A stretch of 36,840 nt of DNA from Bugula neritina (Eukaryota; Animalia; Bryozoa). Shown here piece by piece: positions 35,730 through 36,840 of this stretch. The notes beneath the pieces were generated by a model. That model did no database searches and was not told the origin of the DNA. It worked only from the letters and a program-made list of their open reading frames with translations. Location: assembly GCA_964035545.1 (NCBI GenBank), contig CAXIUT010000135.1, positions 1-36,840 on the forward strand, in the 5' to 3' direction. Position numbers and translations under genes: made by a program. Positions within the stretch are counted from its first letter, which is position 1. Each line of letters opens with the position of its first letter.

Positions 35730-36596
35730 TCATTATGCTTAAGTTAATTTTTATTATTTTTATTATTTTTATTATTATTATTACTTTTATTATTATTATT
35801 TATCATAATATTATCTCATTAGTTATAGAATAATATTTCTACTAACTCTAAATATATAAAAGGCATACGTTCTTTTTTTGATTTGTAGTCCTATTTCTTA
35901 TGAGTCAACATCTGTTGGAATAACTGCTAGTCTGATAGCTTTTTTGGATGCTTTTTATTTAGGCCTTTTTTTCACAAGTATTTAAAAAAGGTTATCTTTA
36001 TTGACGAAATCAACTAGTCTTTTTAATATTTAAACAGATTCATTGTCCAAAGATTATAACTATGGATAATATTATGATTTTTCCTCTATTATTCTTCTTT
36101 TAGAAAGTACTTTTGGCTAGGTAAATTCTAAAATATCTATCTGTTTTGGTTTATATGCTTTCTATAATAAAAACTAACGTTCCATCTGTTTAAAATAATG
36201 ATAAGTCGAAGAAGTTAAAGGCAATTTATCGTTCTTCTTTTATAAGTTTAATTTTAATTCAAATTTTTATAGTTATACCTCTGAATATCCTATTTCAGTG
36301 ACTACTCTTTTAGAAGAAAGTTGGATAGCTTCAGGAGTGAGTCTTTTTCCAAATTAAATGTGAATTTGAACATCTTTAAGACAAATTATACTTTTTTTGG
36401 TTATGTGTTAGTAAGATTGGTAAAATATTTGTTAATCATTTTAAAAAGCTATTGCTCTTGCATGAGATTGACATTCAAGGACGAGTGGATTTTGACTATC
36501 GACATAAAGAAAGATAGATGGCTATACGAACGTATTTTTATTGACTTGAGCTTCGATATAAGCATCTATGAGATTTGGTATGCTTGAAAATTGCAT
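35730..36596 (-). CDS. Hypothetical protein with possible N-terminal OB fold and poly-Glu tail (~285 aa)
   Basis: 867-nt ATG-to-TGA ORF ending DKEEEEKEEEEEKEEKEEKLTEAE, with every tail Glu encoded by TAA. Confidence 0.75.
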
Positions 36597-36740
36597 TTGA
36601 AAAAGATTATAAGTTTAAGATAATCATTTGTATTAATATTGATACTAATAAGTTGTTTAAAGGCAGAAAGAATTTTTTTAGATATTGTTATTGTCTTATA
36701 AACTAGGTCATCTATTTATATATTTAAATTTGATAAGTCA

Positions 36741-36840
36741 GGGGTTGGGGTTGGGGTTGGGGTTGGGGTTGGGGTTGGGGTTGGGGTTGGGGTTGGGGTT
36801 GGGGTTGGGGTTGGGGTTGGGGGTTGGGGTTGGGGTTGGG
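36741..36840 (+). repeat. Right telomere (GGGGTT)n
   Basis: About 16.5 G4T2 units to the window end, one with G5. Confidence 0.99.

Noticed and set aside
36819-36823. G5T2 variant telomere unit
   Set aside because: A single occurrence in a homopolymer; likely read error or sporadic telomerase slippage.
1-36840. Transposons, tRNA or rRNA genes
   Set aside because: No transposase or reverse transcriptase motifs, terminal inverted repeats or GC-rich structured RNA segments were seen; small ncRNAs cannot be excluded by eye.

Overview
A complete telomere-to-telomere eukaryotic chromosome of 36.8 kb, capped by (CCCCAA)n at 1-82 and (GGGGTT)n at 36741-36840, i.e. a ciliate macronuclear chromosome. 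The supplied ORF track uses the wrong genetic code. In-frame TAA and TAG fall on invariant Glu residues in several conserved proteins, and TGA is the only stop codon. This is UAR=Glu (NCBI table 30), known from peritrich ciliates. Re-reading by hand gives about 29 tightly packed genes with spacers mostly 17-175 bp and GT-AG introns of 19-21 nt. Recognisable products include PP2C, two active-looking kinases, a pseudokinase, a Qa-SNARE, CID-domain and LRR proteins, a DHHC-fold protein with DHHS, UNC119, a Myb protein, a PKA regulatory subunit, XMAP215, an HP1-like protein, SERINC and MORN3. The most unusual element is a 41 x 24-bp array at 8261-9244. It looks like satellite DNA, but in table 30 it forms an ATG-initiated ORF of acidic octapeptides (EIQEM[IV]D[SN]) whose internal unit variants are only synonymous or conservative, including GAG/TAG. 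About seven single-base frame breaks, mostly at homopolymers, are probably long-read errors. All gene models and family calls are manual, without database searches.
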